Positions 21,410-31,949 of a stretch of DNA of 64,000 nt are shown here, piece after piece; position 1 is the first letter of the stretch; each line of letters starts with the position of its first letter. The notes under the pieces were generated by a model. It was not told where the DNA came from, made no database searches, and saw only the letters and a list, made by a program, of their open reading frames with translations. Source of the DNA: an uncultured Clostridia bacterium (lineage in GTDB: Bacteria > Bacillota > Clostridia > TANB77 > CAG-508); contig CALXPN010000001.1 of NCBI GenBank assembly GCA_944390285.1, forward strand, positions 210,413-274,412, in the 5' to 3' direction. The position numbers and the translations under genes are program-made.

Positions 21410-21438
21410 ATTTTAACATTTTTAAAATTTATTGTCAA
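21410..21438 (-). promoter_or_regulatory. strong sigma-A promoter upstream of the MYG1 gene
   Basis: On the minus strand: consensus TTGACA (21438-21433), 17-nt spacer ending in TGT (extended -10), TAAAAT (21415-21410). Leaves a leader of about 120 nt. Confidence 0.55.
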
Positions 21439-21454
21439 TTTTATGTAAACGGTA

Positions 21455-23347
21455 TTATTCTAGTTCAAAAGCACCTGTATATAATTGATAATAAGTTCCT
21501 TTTTGTGCAAGTAAATCTTCATGAGTTCCTCTCTCAATTATTCTACCATGATCTAAAACAATAATAGCTTTTGAATTTCTAACAGTTGATAATCTATGTG
21601 CTATTACAAATACTGTTCTTCCATCCATTAATTTATCCATACCATCTTGAACAATTTTTTCTGTTCTAGTATCAATACTAGAAGTTGCTTCATCAAGTAT
21701 CATAACTGGTGGATCATTTAATGCTGCTCTTGCAATAGAAAGTAATTGTCTTTGACCTTGTGAAAGACTTGCACCATTTCCTGTTAAAACTGTATCATAT
21801 CCATCTGGTAATCTCATAATAAAATCATGTGCATTAGCAAGTTTGGCTGCATTTATTACTTCTTCATCTGTTGCATCATCTTTTCCATATTTTATATTTT
21901 CTTTAATTGTTCCAGTAAAAAGATTGGTATCTTGAAGCACCATTCCTAAAGATAATCTTAAATCATCTTTTTTAATTTTTTTAATATTTATTCCATCATA
22001 TCTAATTTTTCCATCTTCTATATCATAAAAACGATTTAAAAGATTTGTTATTGTTGTTTTACCAGCTCCTGTTGCTCCTACAAAAGCTATTTTTTGTCCA
22101 GGTTTTGCATATAAACTTATATCATGTAAAACTAAATTATCTTCTTCATAACCAAAATCAACATCATATAACTCAATATGTCCTTTTAACTCAATATAAT
22201 CTAAAGTACCATCATGATGTGGATGCTTCCATGCCCATAATCCTGTCCTTTTATCTGTTTCTGTTAAAACACCATCAACATATTCAGCATTAACTAAAGT
22301 TACATAACCATTGTCTTTTTCTGGTTCTTCATCCATAAGTTCAAAAATTCTTTTTGCTCCTGCCATTGCCATTGCAACAGAATTTAATTGTTGAGAGATT
22401 TGACTTATTGGTCTTATAAAAGTTTTGCTTAATTGTAAAAACGATATTATTAAACCAACTGTAATATTTCCTATTCCATTTACTGCTAAAATTCCACCAA
22501 CAATTGCTAAAATAATATATTGAAGATTTCCTAATGCTCCAAGTGTTGGCATTAAAATATTTGCGAATTTATTTGCTTTATACATCTGATCACATAGTTC
22601 TTCATTTATTTTATCAAATTCTTCTTTTGCTTTTTCTTCATGACAAAATACTTTTACAACTTTTTGTCCATTAATCATCTCTTCTATATAACCATTAACT
22701 TTACCAATTGCTTCTTGCTGGCGAATAAAATATTTTGAGCTTCTTGAAGCTATTGATTTTGTAACTCTTAACATAATAAGTAATGAACAAAATACTACAA
22801 GTGTTAAATAAAGATTTGTTACTATCATAGCTACAAATACTGCAACAATTGTAATAATTGATGAAAACATCTGAGGAATACTTTGTGAAATCATTTGACT
22901 TAAAGTATCTGTATCCGCAGTATAACGACTCATTATATCTCCATGTGTATGTGTATCAAAATATTTTATAGGTAATCTCTGCATTTTAACGAACATATCA
23001 TCACGAATTGTCTTTAAAATTCCTTCTGAAATATCTACCATTATTCTACTATATATTAAACTTGTAATAATTCCAACAGCATAAATAATTGCCATGACAC
23101 CTATTGCTTGCATAAAGCTTGTAAGCACTGGATTTTGAACTCCAATTAAAGGTGTTATATAATCATCTATTAAAACTTCTAAATATAATGAACCTGCAAC
23201 TGTTGATACTGTTGATAAAATAATACATATAAATACTATAGTAAATTTTAATTTATAATTAGATGTTATGTATTTTAATAATCTTTTTAATATATCTTTA
23301 TCAATTTTAGGTCTAGGAGTATTATTGTTTTGATTCTTCATTATCAT
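21455..23347 (-). CDS. ABC exporter permease/ATP-binding protein (heterodimer half)
   Basis: 6-TM domain plus GATGAGKTT, LSQGQRQLL, MILDEATS. Confidence 0.9.
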   Translation of the reverse strand: MIMKNQNNNTPRPKIDKDILKRLLKYITSNYKLKFTIVFICIILSTVSTVAGSLYLEVLIDDYITPLIGVQNPVLTSFMQAIGVMAIIYAVGIITSLIYSRIMVDISEGILKTIRDDMFVKMQRLPIKYFDTHTHGDIMSRYTADTDTLSQMISQSIPQMFSSIITIVAVFVAMIVTNLYLTLVVFCSLLIMLRVTKSIASRSSKYFIRQQEAIGKVNGYIEEMINGQKVVKVFCHEEKAKEEFDKINEELCDQMYKANKFANILMPTLGALGNLQYIILAIVGGILAVNGIGNITVGLIISFLQLSKTFIRPISQISQQLNSVAMAMAGAKRIFELMDEEPEKDNGYVTLVNAEYVDGVLTETDKRTGLWAWKHPHHDGTLDYIELKGHIELYDVDFGYEEDNLVLHDISLYAKPGQKIAFVGATGAGKTTITNLLNRFYDIEDGKIRYDGINIKKIKKDDLRLSLGMVLQDTNLFTGTIKENIKYGKDDATDEEVINAAKLANAHDFIMRLPDGYDTVLTGNGASLSQGQRQLLSIARAALNDPPVMILDEATSSIDTRTEKIVQDGMDKLMDGRTVFVIAHRLSTVRNSKAIIVLDHGRIIERGTHEDLLAQKGTYYQLYTGAFELE

Positions 23348-25067
23348 TACCTCCTTTCACTTGTGATGAATAAACTTCTTCATATATTTTATTAGTTTTT
23401 AATAATTCTTCATGAGTTCCAATTCCATTTATTTCTCCACCATCTAAAACAATTATTCTATCACAATCTTCTACTGAAGAAATTCTTTGAGCAATAATTA
23501 TTTGGGTAGTATTTGGAATTTCATCTTTAAATGCTTTTCTGATTAAACTATCTGTTTTTGTATCTACAGCACTTGTAGAATCGTCTAATATTAATATTTT
23601 AGGTTTTTTAAGTAATGCTCTTGCAATACACAACCTTTGTTTTTGTCCACCTGATACATTTGTACCACCTTGTTCTATATATGTATCATATCCATCTGGG
23701 AATCCACTAACAAATTCATCAGCTTGAGCTTGTTTACAAGCTTTTATTATTTCTTCATCTGTTGCATTTTCATTTCCCCAACGTAAATTTTCTTTTATTG
23801 TACCTGAAAATAATACATTTTTTTGAAGAACCATTGCAACTTCATTTCTTAAAGTTTTTAAATCATAATCTTTAACATTTACATTTCCAACTAGTACTTC
23901 ACCTTCTGTTGCATCATATAATCTTGGAATTAATTGAACAAAAGTAGATTTTGAACTTCCTGTTCCTCCTATTATGCCTATTGTTTCTCCAGATTTTATA
24001 TCTATATTAACATTTTTTAAACATAATTTATCTTTATTATCTACATAACTAAAGCTAACATTTTTAAATGTTATTGAACCATCTTTTACTTCTTTTACAG
24101 GATTTTCATTATTATGAATAGTACTTTTCTCTTCTAATATTTCTACAATTCTTTCTGCAGATGCTCTAGACATCATAATCATTACTAAAATCATAGACAA
24201 CATCATTAAAGAAGTTAAAATTTGCATAGCGTAAGAAATCAGACTTGTAAGTTCTCCTGTAGTTAAAGAAGTTCCAATTATTAATTTACCACCTACTAAT
24301 GAAATTAATACTATTACAACACTCATTGCAAATTGCATTAATGGATTATTTAATGCAACTAGTTTTTCTGCTTTTGCAAATCCAGCATAAATGTCACCAG
24401 AAATTTTGTAAAATTTATTTATTTCTTTATCTTCAGTTACATAAGATTTTACAACTCTAATTCCTTGTACATTTTCTTGAACTATATTATTTAGTTTATC
24501 ATATGTAGTAAATGTTTTTTCAAATATTGGATGTGCTTTTGTTGCAATAAAATATAATCCAATTCCTAAAATAGGAATTGCAACTAAAAATATAAGTGCA
24601 AGTTTTATATTAACTAAAAATGCCATTATTAGTGAGAATACTAACATTAATGGTGCTCTAACTGCTACTCTAATTATCATTTGAAATGCCATTTGAACAA
24701 ATGCAATATCTGTAGTATGTCTTGTTACAATACTTGCTGTTGAAAATTTATCAATATTTGTAAAAGAAAAATTTTGAACATTATAATACATATCTTTTCT
24801 TAAATTTTTAGCAAATCCTGCTGATGCTTTAGCAGCAGCTCTTCCTGATAAAATTCCAAAAACTAAAGAAATAATTGCAGCAATGCAAAGTAATATACCA
24901 ATTACTAAAATTGTTTTCTCATCACCTTTATTAATTCCATTGTCTATTAAATATGCCATAAAAAATGGAATTAATACTTCTATAATTGTTTCTACTGAAA
25001 CAAAAATAGGTGTCAAAATTGTTTGTTTTTTGTACTCTTTGATACTTTTTATTAAGCTTTTAATCAT
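23322..25067 (-). CDS. ABC exporter permease/ATP-binding protein (heterodimer half)
   Basis: 6-TM domain plus GGTGSSKST, VSGGQKQRL, LILDDSTS. Overlaps the downstream partner gene by 26 nt. Confidence 0.9.
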   Translation of the reverse strand: MIKSLIKSIKEYKKQTILTPIFVSVETIIEVLIPFFMAYLIDNGINKGDEKTILVIGILLCIAAIISLVFGILSGRAAAKASAGFAKNLRKDMYYNVQNFSFTNIDKFSTASIVTRHTTDIAFVQMAFQMIIRVAVRAPLMLVFSLIMAFLVNIKLALIFLVAIPILGIGLYFIATKAHPIFEKTFTTYDKLNNIVQENVQGIRVVKSYVTEDKEINKFYKISGDIYAGFAKAEKLVALNNPLMQFAMSVVIVLISLVGGKLIIGTSLTTGELTSLISYAMQILTSLMMLSMILVMIMMSRASAERIVEILEEKSTIHNNENPVKEVKDGSITFKNVSFSYVDNKDKLCLKNVNIDIKSGETIGIIGGTGSSKSTFVQLIPRLYDATEGEVLVGNVNVKDYDLKTLRNEVAMVLQKNVLFSGTIKENLRWGNENATDEEIIKACKQAQADEFVSGFPDGYDTYIEQGGTNVSGGQKQRLCIARALLKKPKILILDDSTSAVDTKTDSLIRKAFKDEIPNTTQIIIAQRISSVEDCDRIIVLDGGEINGIGTHEELLKTNKIYEEVYSSQVKGGNDNEESKQ

Positions 25068-25202
25068 CTTTTTTACCTCCTTAGTTTTTTATAAATTGTC
25101 CAAAACTACTCTCCCTTTCATTAGAGCAATAGATATTTTAACAATTTCTTACAGTATTGTCAAGATATTGAAAAATCAAAAAATGTATAAAAATAAATTT
25201 AT

Positions 25203-25242
25203 AAAAGACAGTATTTTTACAATAAATAATCTACTGTCTTTT
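25203..25242 (-). terminator. terminator after xth
   Basis: Stem AAAAGACAGTA/TACTGTCTTTT with flanking T-rich sequence. Confidence 0.7.
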
Positions 25243-25261
25243 ATTTATATTTTATAATAAT

Positions 25262-26041
25262 TTAATATTTCAAATCTATATCTAATTCAACAGGACAATG
25301 ATCACTTCCTAATATATTACTATGAATTTTTGCATCTTCTATTTTTTCTTTTATTCTATTAGATACAATAAAGTAATCTATTCTCCATCCTATATTTTTT
25401 TCTCTTGCTCTTCCCATATAAGACCACCAAGTATATGCATCATCTTTTTCTGGATATTTATATCTAAATGTATCTACGAAGCCACTTTTTAATAATTCAG
25501 TCATTTTATCTCTTTCTTCATATGTAAAACCACTATTTCCAATATTCGCTTTATCATTTTTTAAATCTATTTCTTTATGAGCAACATTTAAATCTCCACA
25601 ATATATAACTGGTTTTATTTTATCTAAGGAAATTAAATATTTTCTTACTTCATCTTCCCAAATCATCCTATATGGTAGTCTTTCTAGTTCTCTTTTTGAA
25701 TTAGGTGTATAACAATTTACAATATAAAAATTATCATATTCTAAAGTTATTAACCTTCCCTCTTTATCATGTTCTTCTATTCCCAAACCATATTTTACAC
25801 TTATTGGTTCCTTTTTAGTAAATATTGCTGTTCCTGAATATCCTTTTTTTTCTGCACTGTTCCAATACTGATGATATCCTTGAAAAATAGATTCAATAAT
25901 AATATTTAATTGTTCAACTTGCATTTTAGTTTCTTGAATACAAAAAACATCTGCCTGGATTTCTTCAAAAAATTCCTTAAATCCTTTATTTACTGATGCT
26001 CTCAAACCATTTACATTCCAAGAAATTAATTTCATTTTCAT
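25262..26041 (-). CDS. xth: exodeoxyribonuclease III
   Basis: MKLISWNVNGLRA N-terminus and C-terminal SDHCPV are typical of the ExoIII/EEP family. Confidence 0.9.
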   Translation of the reverse strand: MKMKLISWNVNGLRASVNKGFKEFFEEIQADVFCIQETKMQVEQLNIIIESIFQGYHQYWNSAEKKGYSGTAIFTKKEPISVKYGLGIEEHDKEGRLITLEYDNFYIVNCYTPNSKRELERLPYRMIWEDEVRKYLISLDKIKPVIYCGDLNVAHKEIDLKNDKANIGNSGFTYEERDKMTELLKSGFVDTFRYKYPEKDDAYTWWSYMGRAREKNIGWRIDYFIVSNRIKEKIEDAKIHSNILGSDHCPVELDIDLKY

Positions 26042-26068
26042 GTTCTCCCTTACATTATTTTTCCAAAA

Positions 26069-29000
26069 CTATTCTACACTTTTTAAAGATTCTATCATAT
26101 CTATTTTCTTTAATGAAAAATATGTTATAAAATTCACTATTAAAGTAAATGCAATTGTAATAAGCATTGAATATATATAACTTGGTATAGTTATTACTCT
26201 TTTGAATCTAAGTATTCCAATTTCACAAGTTTTTAATATAAAAGAATCCAAAAATGTTCCAAATATTAACCCAAATATTATTCCTATAATAGTAAGCAAT
26301 ATAATTTCTCTTGTTACATAATCATATACTTCTTTATCATAAAATCCTAAAACTTTAATTGTGGCAAGCTCTCTAATTCTTTCACTTATATTAATGTTAG
26401 CTAAATTGTAAAGAACAATAAATGCTAGCAATCCTGCTGATATAATTAAAACATATACAACTAAATTCATTGCACTTAAAGTATCGTCCATTGTTTGCAT
26501 CAAACTTGTTGTTAATGTAATAGAAGCAACTTTTGAATTTGATAAAATATCTTCAGATAACTTGTTTTCCTCTTCTTCTGAAATCTCATTACTATATTGT
26601 GCAAACAATACATTTGTTGAAACTGATTCTTTAAATACTTTTTCATAAAGATTTTTAGATATATAAACATAATGTGATATATAATGTTCTGTTATTCCTC
26701 CTACTTTTACTTTATATTCATTGTTATCTGAATCTACTAATGAAATTTCACTTCCAACATTTGCTCCTATAAGTTCTGCTAATTTTTCTGTTAATATTAT
26801 CTCATTATCATTTAAGTTCAGTTTTTCACCTGTTTTATAATCTTTTAATCTTATAACACTTTCCAAGTTTTCTGGATTATCTGTTACAACTATTTGTGCA
26901 TCTTCTTGTATATTATTATTTTTCACACTTTCAGAATTTATATAAACTTCTACACACTTACTAATCTCTTCTTTATTTTCTAATTCTGAAATTAAAGAAC
27001 TTTTTTCTTCATCAGTTAAAGTATCTTTTAATCCTATTAACATATCATAATCATATATATCTATATATTGATAATCCATTATTTTAGAAATAGAATCTTT
27101 TAAACCAAAACCTGTTAAAATCAAAGCTGTACAACCACAAATTCCTATTACTGTCATAAAAAATCTTTGTTTATATCTAAACATATTTCTTATAGTAACT
27201 TTTTGGGTAAAATTTAATCTTTTCCATATAAAAGGTATCTTTTCTAGAAGAACTCTTTTTCCTGCCTTAGGTGCTTTAGGTCTCATAAGTTCTGCTGGTG
27301 TACTTTTTAATTCCTTCATAGCAGTATAAATTGTTGCGCCTACTATACATAAAACCATTATAGCTATTCCAGTAAATGCATAATATTCATTAAATTCTGT
27401 TATAGTATTTGTTATATTATACATCATTTGATACATTGAAATAATTACTGTTGGGAAAAATTGTAATCCAAAAATTGATCCTAAAACTCCTCCTATTAAA
27501 GATGCAAGTAGTGAATATATTATATATTTAGAAATAATTTGATGCCTACTATATCCTAATGCTTTTAATGTACCTATCTGAACTCTTTCTTCTTCTACCA
27601 TTCTTGACATTGATGTTAAACTTATTAAAGTTGCTATTATGAAAAACACTATTGGAAAAGCTTCTCCTAACTTTTCTATGTTTTCTGTATCCTGAGAAAA
27701 ACTATTAAATCCTTCATTATCTGTTCTACTAAAAATATACCATTTAGGATTTTCTATATCATTTACTTTTTCTCTTGCTTCTATTAATTTTGCTTCTGCA
27801 TCTGCTATTTCTGTATTAAATTTTTCTTTTTCTTCTTCTAGTTTTTTTTCTCCTTCTTCTAACTCTTTTTTAGCATTTGAAATTTCTTTTTTTCCATTTT
27901 CTATCTCTTTTTCTGCTTCTTGAAACTTTGTTTCAGTTTCTGCTTTACTAGATTCAAGCTGTGCTTTAGAAATTTCGATTTCTGCTCTACCTGAATCTAT
28001 TTGAGCTTGACCAGAATTTAATTGATTTTCTGCATTTACAAGTTCAGAATTTATTGTATTCAATTGGACTTGTAAATCATTTTTTTGCTTATTACATTCT
28101 TCTATTCCTGAATTTATTAAATTAATTGTTTCTTCACTAATTCCTAATGATTCTAATTGTTTTTTTTGCTCTTCTAATGTTATTAATTGAAATTTTGTTT
28201 CTTCTATTTTTTGTTTAATTTCATCTGTATTTTCTGGATTCTCTTCTAATTCTTTTTCATATTGTTTAATTAACAGATTCAAATTATTTATATTTGTATT
28301 TATTTGTTCTAAGCTATTTAAAACTGTTTCTGCAGAAGCCTTTTGTGAATTTAATTCCTCTAACTTTGAATTTATTGTATCTATTCCCGAATTTATTTGA
28401 TTTATCCCCTCTTGTGCTTCTTGTTTTTTAGTATTTAATAACTCCCTTGATTGATTTAGCTCTGCTTGAGAAATATTTAATTTATTTTCCCCTTCTTGAA
28501 TTTGATTTTCTGCTAAGCTAAACTGCTCATTTGCTTCTTCTTTACCTGATTGTAATTCTTTTTCAGCGTTTTCTAATTCTTTTTCATTACTTTCAATTTC
28601 TTCTTTTCCATCTTCTATTTCTTGTTCTGCTTCTTTAATTTTATCTTCTGCTTCTTTTTTCTGTTCATCAAATTCTTTCTGGCTATCTGCAAGTTTTGTA
28701 TTTGCTTCATTAATTAATTCTTCATATCTTGCTGTTTGCCTTTTTTCTTTTATTGTTTCTAATTCATTTTGAACATCTTCTACTTTTTCATCATATTCTT
28801 CGCTTATTGATAATTCTTCTTTTGCACCATCTACAATAATATCTATTTCTGTATAAATATCTGATATAATATTAGATTTATTTACATATACATAATATGC
28901 AATTTTTCCAGATCCTAGATTAGTAGTTCCTCTATCTCTTGAAATATATAATGGGCTTTTTACAATACCTACTACTTTTAATTTAGTATTTTTAAAATTC

Positions 29001-29479
29001 GCTTCTTCATCTTCAGATAAATTTTCTTCAATTTCTATGTAATCTCCTATTTTTACATTTCTTGCTGTTTTCATAGTTTCATCAATAACACATTCATCTT
29101 CATTTTCAGGCAACTTTCCTTCTAGTATTTCTAATTCATTTATATCATTTTCTAATGAATAAACTTTTACTACAGTTTCTTCTTCATCAAATGAAACAAA
29201 TACATCTTCATTATAGGTTCCTATTACTTTTTGAATTCCATTTAATTTTGAAATTTCTAAAATATCTTCATCTGTTAATCCAAGTGTGGAAACTAATCTA
29301 ATATCATAAACATTTTTCTCATCTAAGTATTTATCAAGTGTTAATTTCATGTCAGGACTAGTAGCTCTTACTCCTGCAAAAAATCCAACACCTAAAAAAG
29401 CCATAAGTAAGATTGATATAAATCTTTTATATGATTTTTTTATTTCTTTAAAACAATCTTTTCTTAAAGCTTTTTTCAC
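26069..29479 (-). CDS. FtsX/MacB-type ABC permease with a ~330-aa coiled-coil insert
   Basis: Two FtsX-like 4-TM modules (around residues 600-720 and 1010-1130). A long E/K/Q/N heptad-rich segment spans residues ~230-570. Confidence 0.8.
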   Translation of the reverse strand: MKKALRKDCFKEIKKSYKRFISILLMAFLGVGFFAGVRATSPDMKLTLDKYLDEKNVYDIRLVSTLGLTDEDILEISKLNGIQKVIGTYNEDVFVSFDEEETVVKVYSLENDINELEILEGKLPENEDECVIDETMKTARNVKIGDYIEIEENLSEDEEANFKNTKLKVVGIVKSPLYISRDRGTTNLGSGKIAYYVYVNKSNIISDIYTEIDIIVDGAKEELSISEEYDEKVEDVQNELETIKEKRQTARYEELINEANTKLADSQKEFDEQKKEAEDKIKEAEQEIEDGKEEIESNEKELENAEKELQSGKEEANEQFSLAENQIQEGENKLNISQAELNQSRELLNTKKQEAQEGINQINSGIDTINSKLEELNSQKASAETVLNSLEQINTNINNLNLLIKQYEKELEENPENTDEIKQKIEETKFQLITLEEQKKQLESLGISEETINLINSGIEECNKQKNDLQVQLNTINSELVNAENQLNSGQAQIDSGRAEIEISKAQLESSKAETETKFQEAEKEIENGKKEISNAKKELEEGEKKLEEEKEKFNTEIADAEAKLIEAREKVNDIENPKWYIFSRTDNEGFNSFSQDTENIEKLGEAFPIVFFIIATLISLTSMSRMVEEERVQIGTLKALGYSRHQIISKYIIYSLLASLIGGVLGSIFGLQFFPTVIISMYQMMYNITNTITEFNEYYAFTGIAIMVLCIVGATIYTAMKELKSTPAELMRPKAPKAGKRVLLEKIPFIWKRLNFTQKVTIRNMFRYKQRFFMTVIGICGCTALILTGFGLKDSISKIMDYQYIDIYDYDMLIGLKDTLTDEEKSSLISELENKEEISKCVEVYINSESVKNNNIQEDAQIVVTDNPENLESVIRLKDYKTGEKLNLNDNEIILTEKLAELIGANVGSEISLVDSDNNEYKVKVGGITEHYISHYVYISKNLYEKVFKESVSTNVLFAQYSNEISEEEENKLSEDILSNSKVASITLTTSLMQTMDDTLSAMNLVVYVLIISAGLLAFIVLYNLANINISERIRELATIKVLGFYDKEVYDYVTREIILLTIIGIIFGLIFGTFLDSFILKTCEIGILRFKRVITIPSYIYSMLITIAFTLIVNFITYFSLKKIDMIESLKSVE

Positions 29480-29583
29480 TACTCCAAAACTCCTTCCATT
29501 ATTACTATTCTACTTTTTGTTTACATTTAATTATATCTATTTTTTCAAAATTAGTAAATAGAAAAACTAAATTTTTCCACCTA

Positions 29584-29614
29584 AATAAGAGCAATATAAA
29601 ATATTGCTCTTATT
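29584..29614 (-). terminator. hairpin between the GntR operon and the FtsX gene
   Basis: 14-bp perfect stem AATAAGAGCAATAT/ATATTGCTCTTATT; the U-tract is weak. Confidence 0.5.
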
Positions 29615-29619
29615 ACTTT

Positions 29620-29967
29620 TTAAATTCTTTTTAAAACTTCTTCTTTTGTTAGACCTAATTTTTCTAACTCCACTATATTATCTTTAATTTGTTTCACAAT
29701 ACTGTCTATTTTAGATTTTTTAACTTTATCTATATTATCACTTACAAAAGTTCCTTTTGTTGATACAGTAATTATTACTCCTTTATTTTCTAGTTCAGTA
29801 TAAGCTTTTTTTACTGTATTTGGATTTATGCCTAAGTTTTCTGCCATTTCTCTTATAGACATTAGTTGCTGTTTGGGTTTTAAAATTCCTAGTGAAACAT
29901 ATCTTTCTATTTCAAAAATAATTTGTTCATATATTGGAGTTCTACTTTGATAATCCAAATTTATCAT
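29620..29967 (-). CDS. GntR-family transcriptional regulator (YtrA-like, short)
   Basis: wHTH SIREMAENLGINPNTVKKAYTELENKG. The 115-aa size is typical of the YtrA subfamily linked to ABC operons. Confidence 0.85.
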   Translation of the reverse strand: MINLDYQSRTPIYEQIIFEIERYVSLGILKPKQQLMSIREMAENLGINPNTVKKAYTELENKGVIITVSTKGTFVSDNIDKVKKSKIDSIVKQIKDNIVELEKLGLTKEEVLKRI

Positions 29968-29978
29968 TTTCTCTCCTC

Positions 29979-31949
29979 CTAATTTATAAACATTTTTTCC
30001 TCTTCATCCTTTTGTTTAATTTCTTTTTCTAATATCTGATTTAACTCTTTAGTTTTATTTGAGAATAAATAATAAGTATTTTCGTAATTTGAAACACAAA
30101 TAATATAATATTGTTTAGAAGAATCTAATTTTTCATTTTTATTTTCTTCTATGAATTTCTTAATATCATTTTGTGCTATTCCAAAATAATATTCTGAATT
30201 ATTATAATAATCAAAATAATATTCTTCTAAATCATTACTAGCAGTTAAATTATCTTTATCAATATAAATCGAATAACTTATTCCATATCCAGAATTTTCT
30301 AGTTTTTCTAAATCAATCTGACTGGTTCTTTCATTTTCAAAATCAGCAATTTCCTTTAAAATATTTTCATTTATATTTACAGGCATTCTTTTATATGTTA
30401 ATTTATGATTTTTATAATAATATTTATCTATACTTAAATTATAATTTTCTGAGTTTATATAAAAAATTTCAATTAATTTTCTTTTTTCTAATTCCTTATT
30501 TATTTCTTCTTGTATTTTCTCTGAATCATTTATTAAATGAGTAATATTATTTCTGCCTATACTAATATATCCATTTGACATATATTCTTTTTTTACTCTA
30601 TCTACATAATCTTCATCTTTTTCTAATATATCAAAAAGCTTATAAAAATCATCTTGCATTATTGAAATATGAAAATCGTATATTTTACCATATTTATCTT
30701 TTCCATTTAAACTTATTACTGTTGAACTTATATTTTCTCCTTGCGTTTTTGGCCATTCCTCATTTATTTTTTCTGCTGAATCAAAAATTAAATTTATGGC
30801 TTCTTCATTATTTGTATAAACATTTGAACTTTCTCTATCAGTATTTTCATAATCTATTGATATTTCTTTAATATTTTCTTTATTTAATTTTTCTCTTATA
30901 TTAGTTCCCGGAAAATTTTTCATCCCAAATACTATTCCCTGGCTGATTATTAAAATAAATAATAAAGCAAAAATTGATTTAATAAATTTAATCTTTTTCC
31001 TTACAATATAATCATATACAAAATAATATACTATTATAATTCCAACTGCTAATATATTAAATGTCGATTCTGCGTCTATTACATTTAAAAGTAAAATTGC
31101 TGGAAAAATTGTTAAACTTTTCACAACTAAATGAATTTTTTCATTTGCAAAGGATTCGTCTATATTTTCCATTTTTCTTTTTTGAAATAAGTAAATCCCA
31201 AGTAAAAATGCTATTATTCCAATTATTACCATTTTTACAAGAGTAATATTTGAGTACTCATAACTTCCTTTTGAAATTACATCATATGGTAATACATAAT
31301 GCTTTTCTTCATTTACTGCTATTACACTATCATAAGTGCTATTACTATTTAATCTTTCCTCTACATAACTATCATTAAAAATTGCTATACTCATTTGTGT
31401 TACAAATGGAATTAAAAAAACAAATAAAATAGTTAAAACAATTTGTGTAAAATTTGTTCCACTTAATGTCATTGCTAAATTAGTTATAAAAAACACAAAT
31501 ACATATGCAATCCACATCATAAAAAATGAATCTATTATACTTAAAGGTATAATTTCTAAATTCGTTTTTGCCATGCTTATTACAAAAATTCCTAGCATTG
31601 TTAATAATTGAATAATTGTAATTATTAAAATACCTGCAATTGAATTAGTAATAAAAATTGATTTTCTGTTTATAGGCATTGAATTTATAAAATCTACACT
31701 TGATTTTTTGTAAACATATCCAAATAAAGAAAATGATAGTCCAATTGGAATTATGTACATACCTATTAAATTTACAAAAATTATATTTTTCATATTTAAT
31801 AATTCTATATTATTTTTATTATTATACATAAGTGCTAATGTTAATATTGTAAAAAATGGAACTACTAAAATTAAAAGTAAAAGTACTCCTTTAGATTTTT
31901 TTATATTTTCTTTTAAATAATTAAAATTAAAATACTTGGTTAAATTCAT
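29979..31949 (-). CDS. ABC-2-like membrane protein with large C-terminal soluble domain
   Basis: About 9 TM segments in the first 340 aa. Overlaps the upstream ATPase gene by 23 nt. Confidence 0.55.
   Translation of the reverse strand: MNLTKYFNFNYLKENIKKSKGVLLLLILVVPFFTILTLALMYNNKNNIELLNMKNIIFVNLIGMYIIPIGLSFSLFGYVYKKSSVDFINSMPINRKSIFITNSIAGILIITIIQLLTMLGIFVISMAKTNLEIIPLSIIDSFFMMWIAYVFVFFITNLAMTLSGTNFTQIVLTILFVFLIPFVTQMSIAIFNDSYVEERLNSNSTYDSVIAVNEEKHYVLPYDVISKGSYEYSNITLVKMVIIGIIAFLLGIYLFQKRKMENIDESFANEKIHLVVKSLTIFPAILLLNVIDAESTFNILAVGIIIVYYFVYDYIVRKKIKFIKSIFALLFILIISQGIVFGMKNFPGTNIREKLNKENIKEISIDYENTDRESSNVYTNNEEAINLIFDSAEKINEEWPKTQGENISSTVISLNGKDKYGKIYDFHISIMQDDFYKLFDILEKDEDYVDRVKKEYMSNGYISIGRNNITHLINDSEKIQEEINKELEKRKLIEIFYINSENYNLSIDKYYYKNHKLTYKRMPVNINENILKEIADFENERTSQIDLEKLENSGYGISYSIYIDKDNLTASNDLEEYYFDYYNNSEYYFGIAQNDIKKFIEENKNEKLDSSKQYYIICVSNYENTYYLFSNKTKELNQILEKEIKQKDEEEKMFIN

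Noticed and set aside
23322-23347. 26-nt overlap between the two ABC exporter genes, as a possible frameshift or fusion
   Set aside because: Both ORFs are complete with full TMD-NBD architecture. Short overlaps are normal for translationally coupled heterodimeric exporters.
27700-28800. Repetitive-looking nucleotide stretch that could be mistaken for a repeat array or CRISPR
   Set aside because: It is the coiled-coil-coding part of the FtsX-type gene (E/K/Q/N heptads). There is no constant-length direct repeat with unique spacers. No CRISPR array was seen anywhere in the window.
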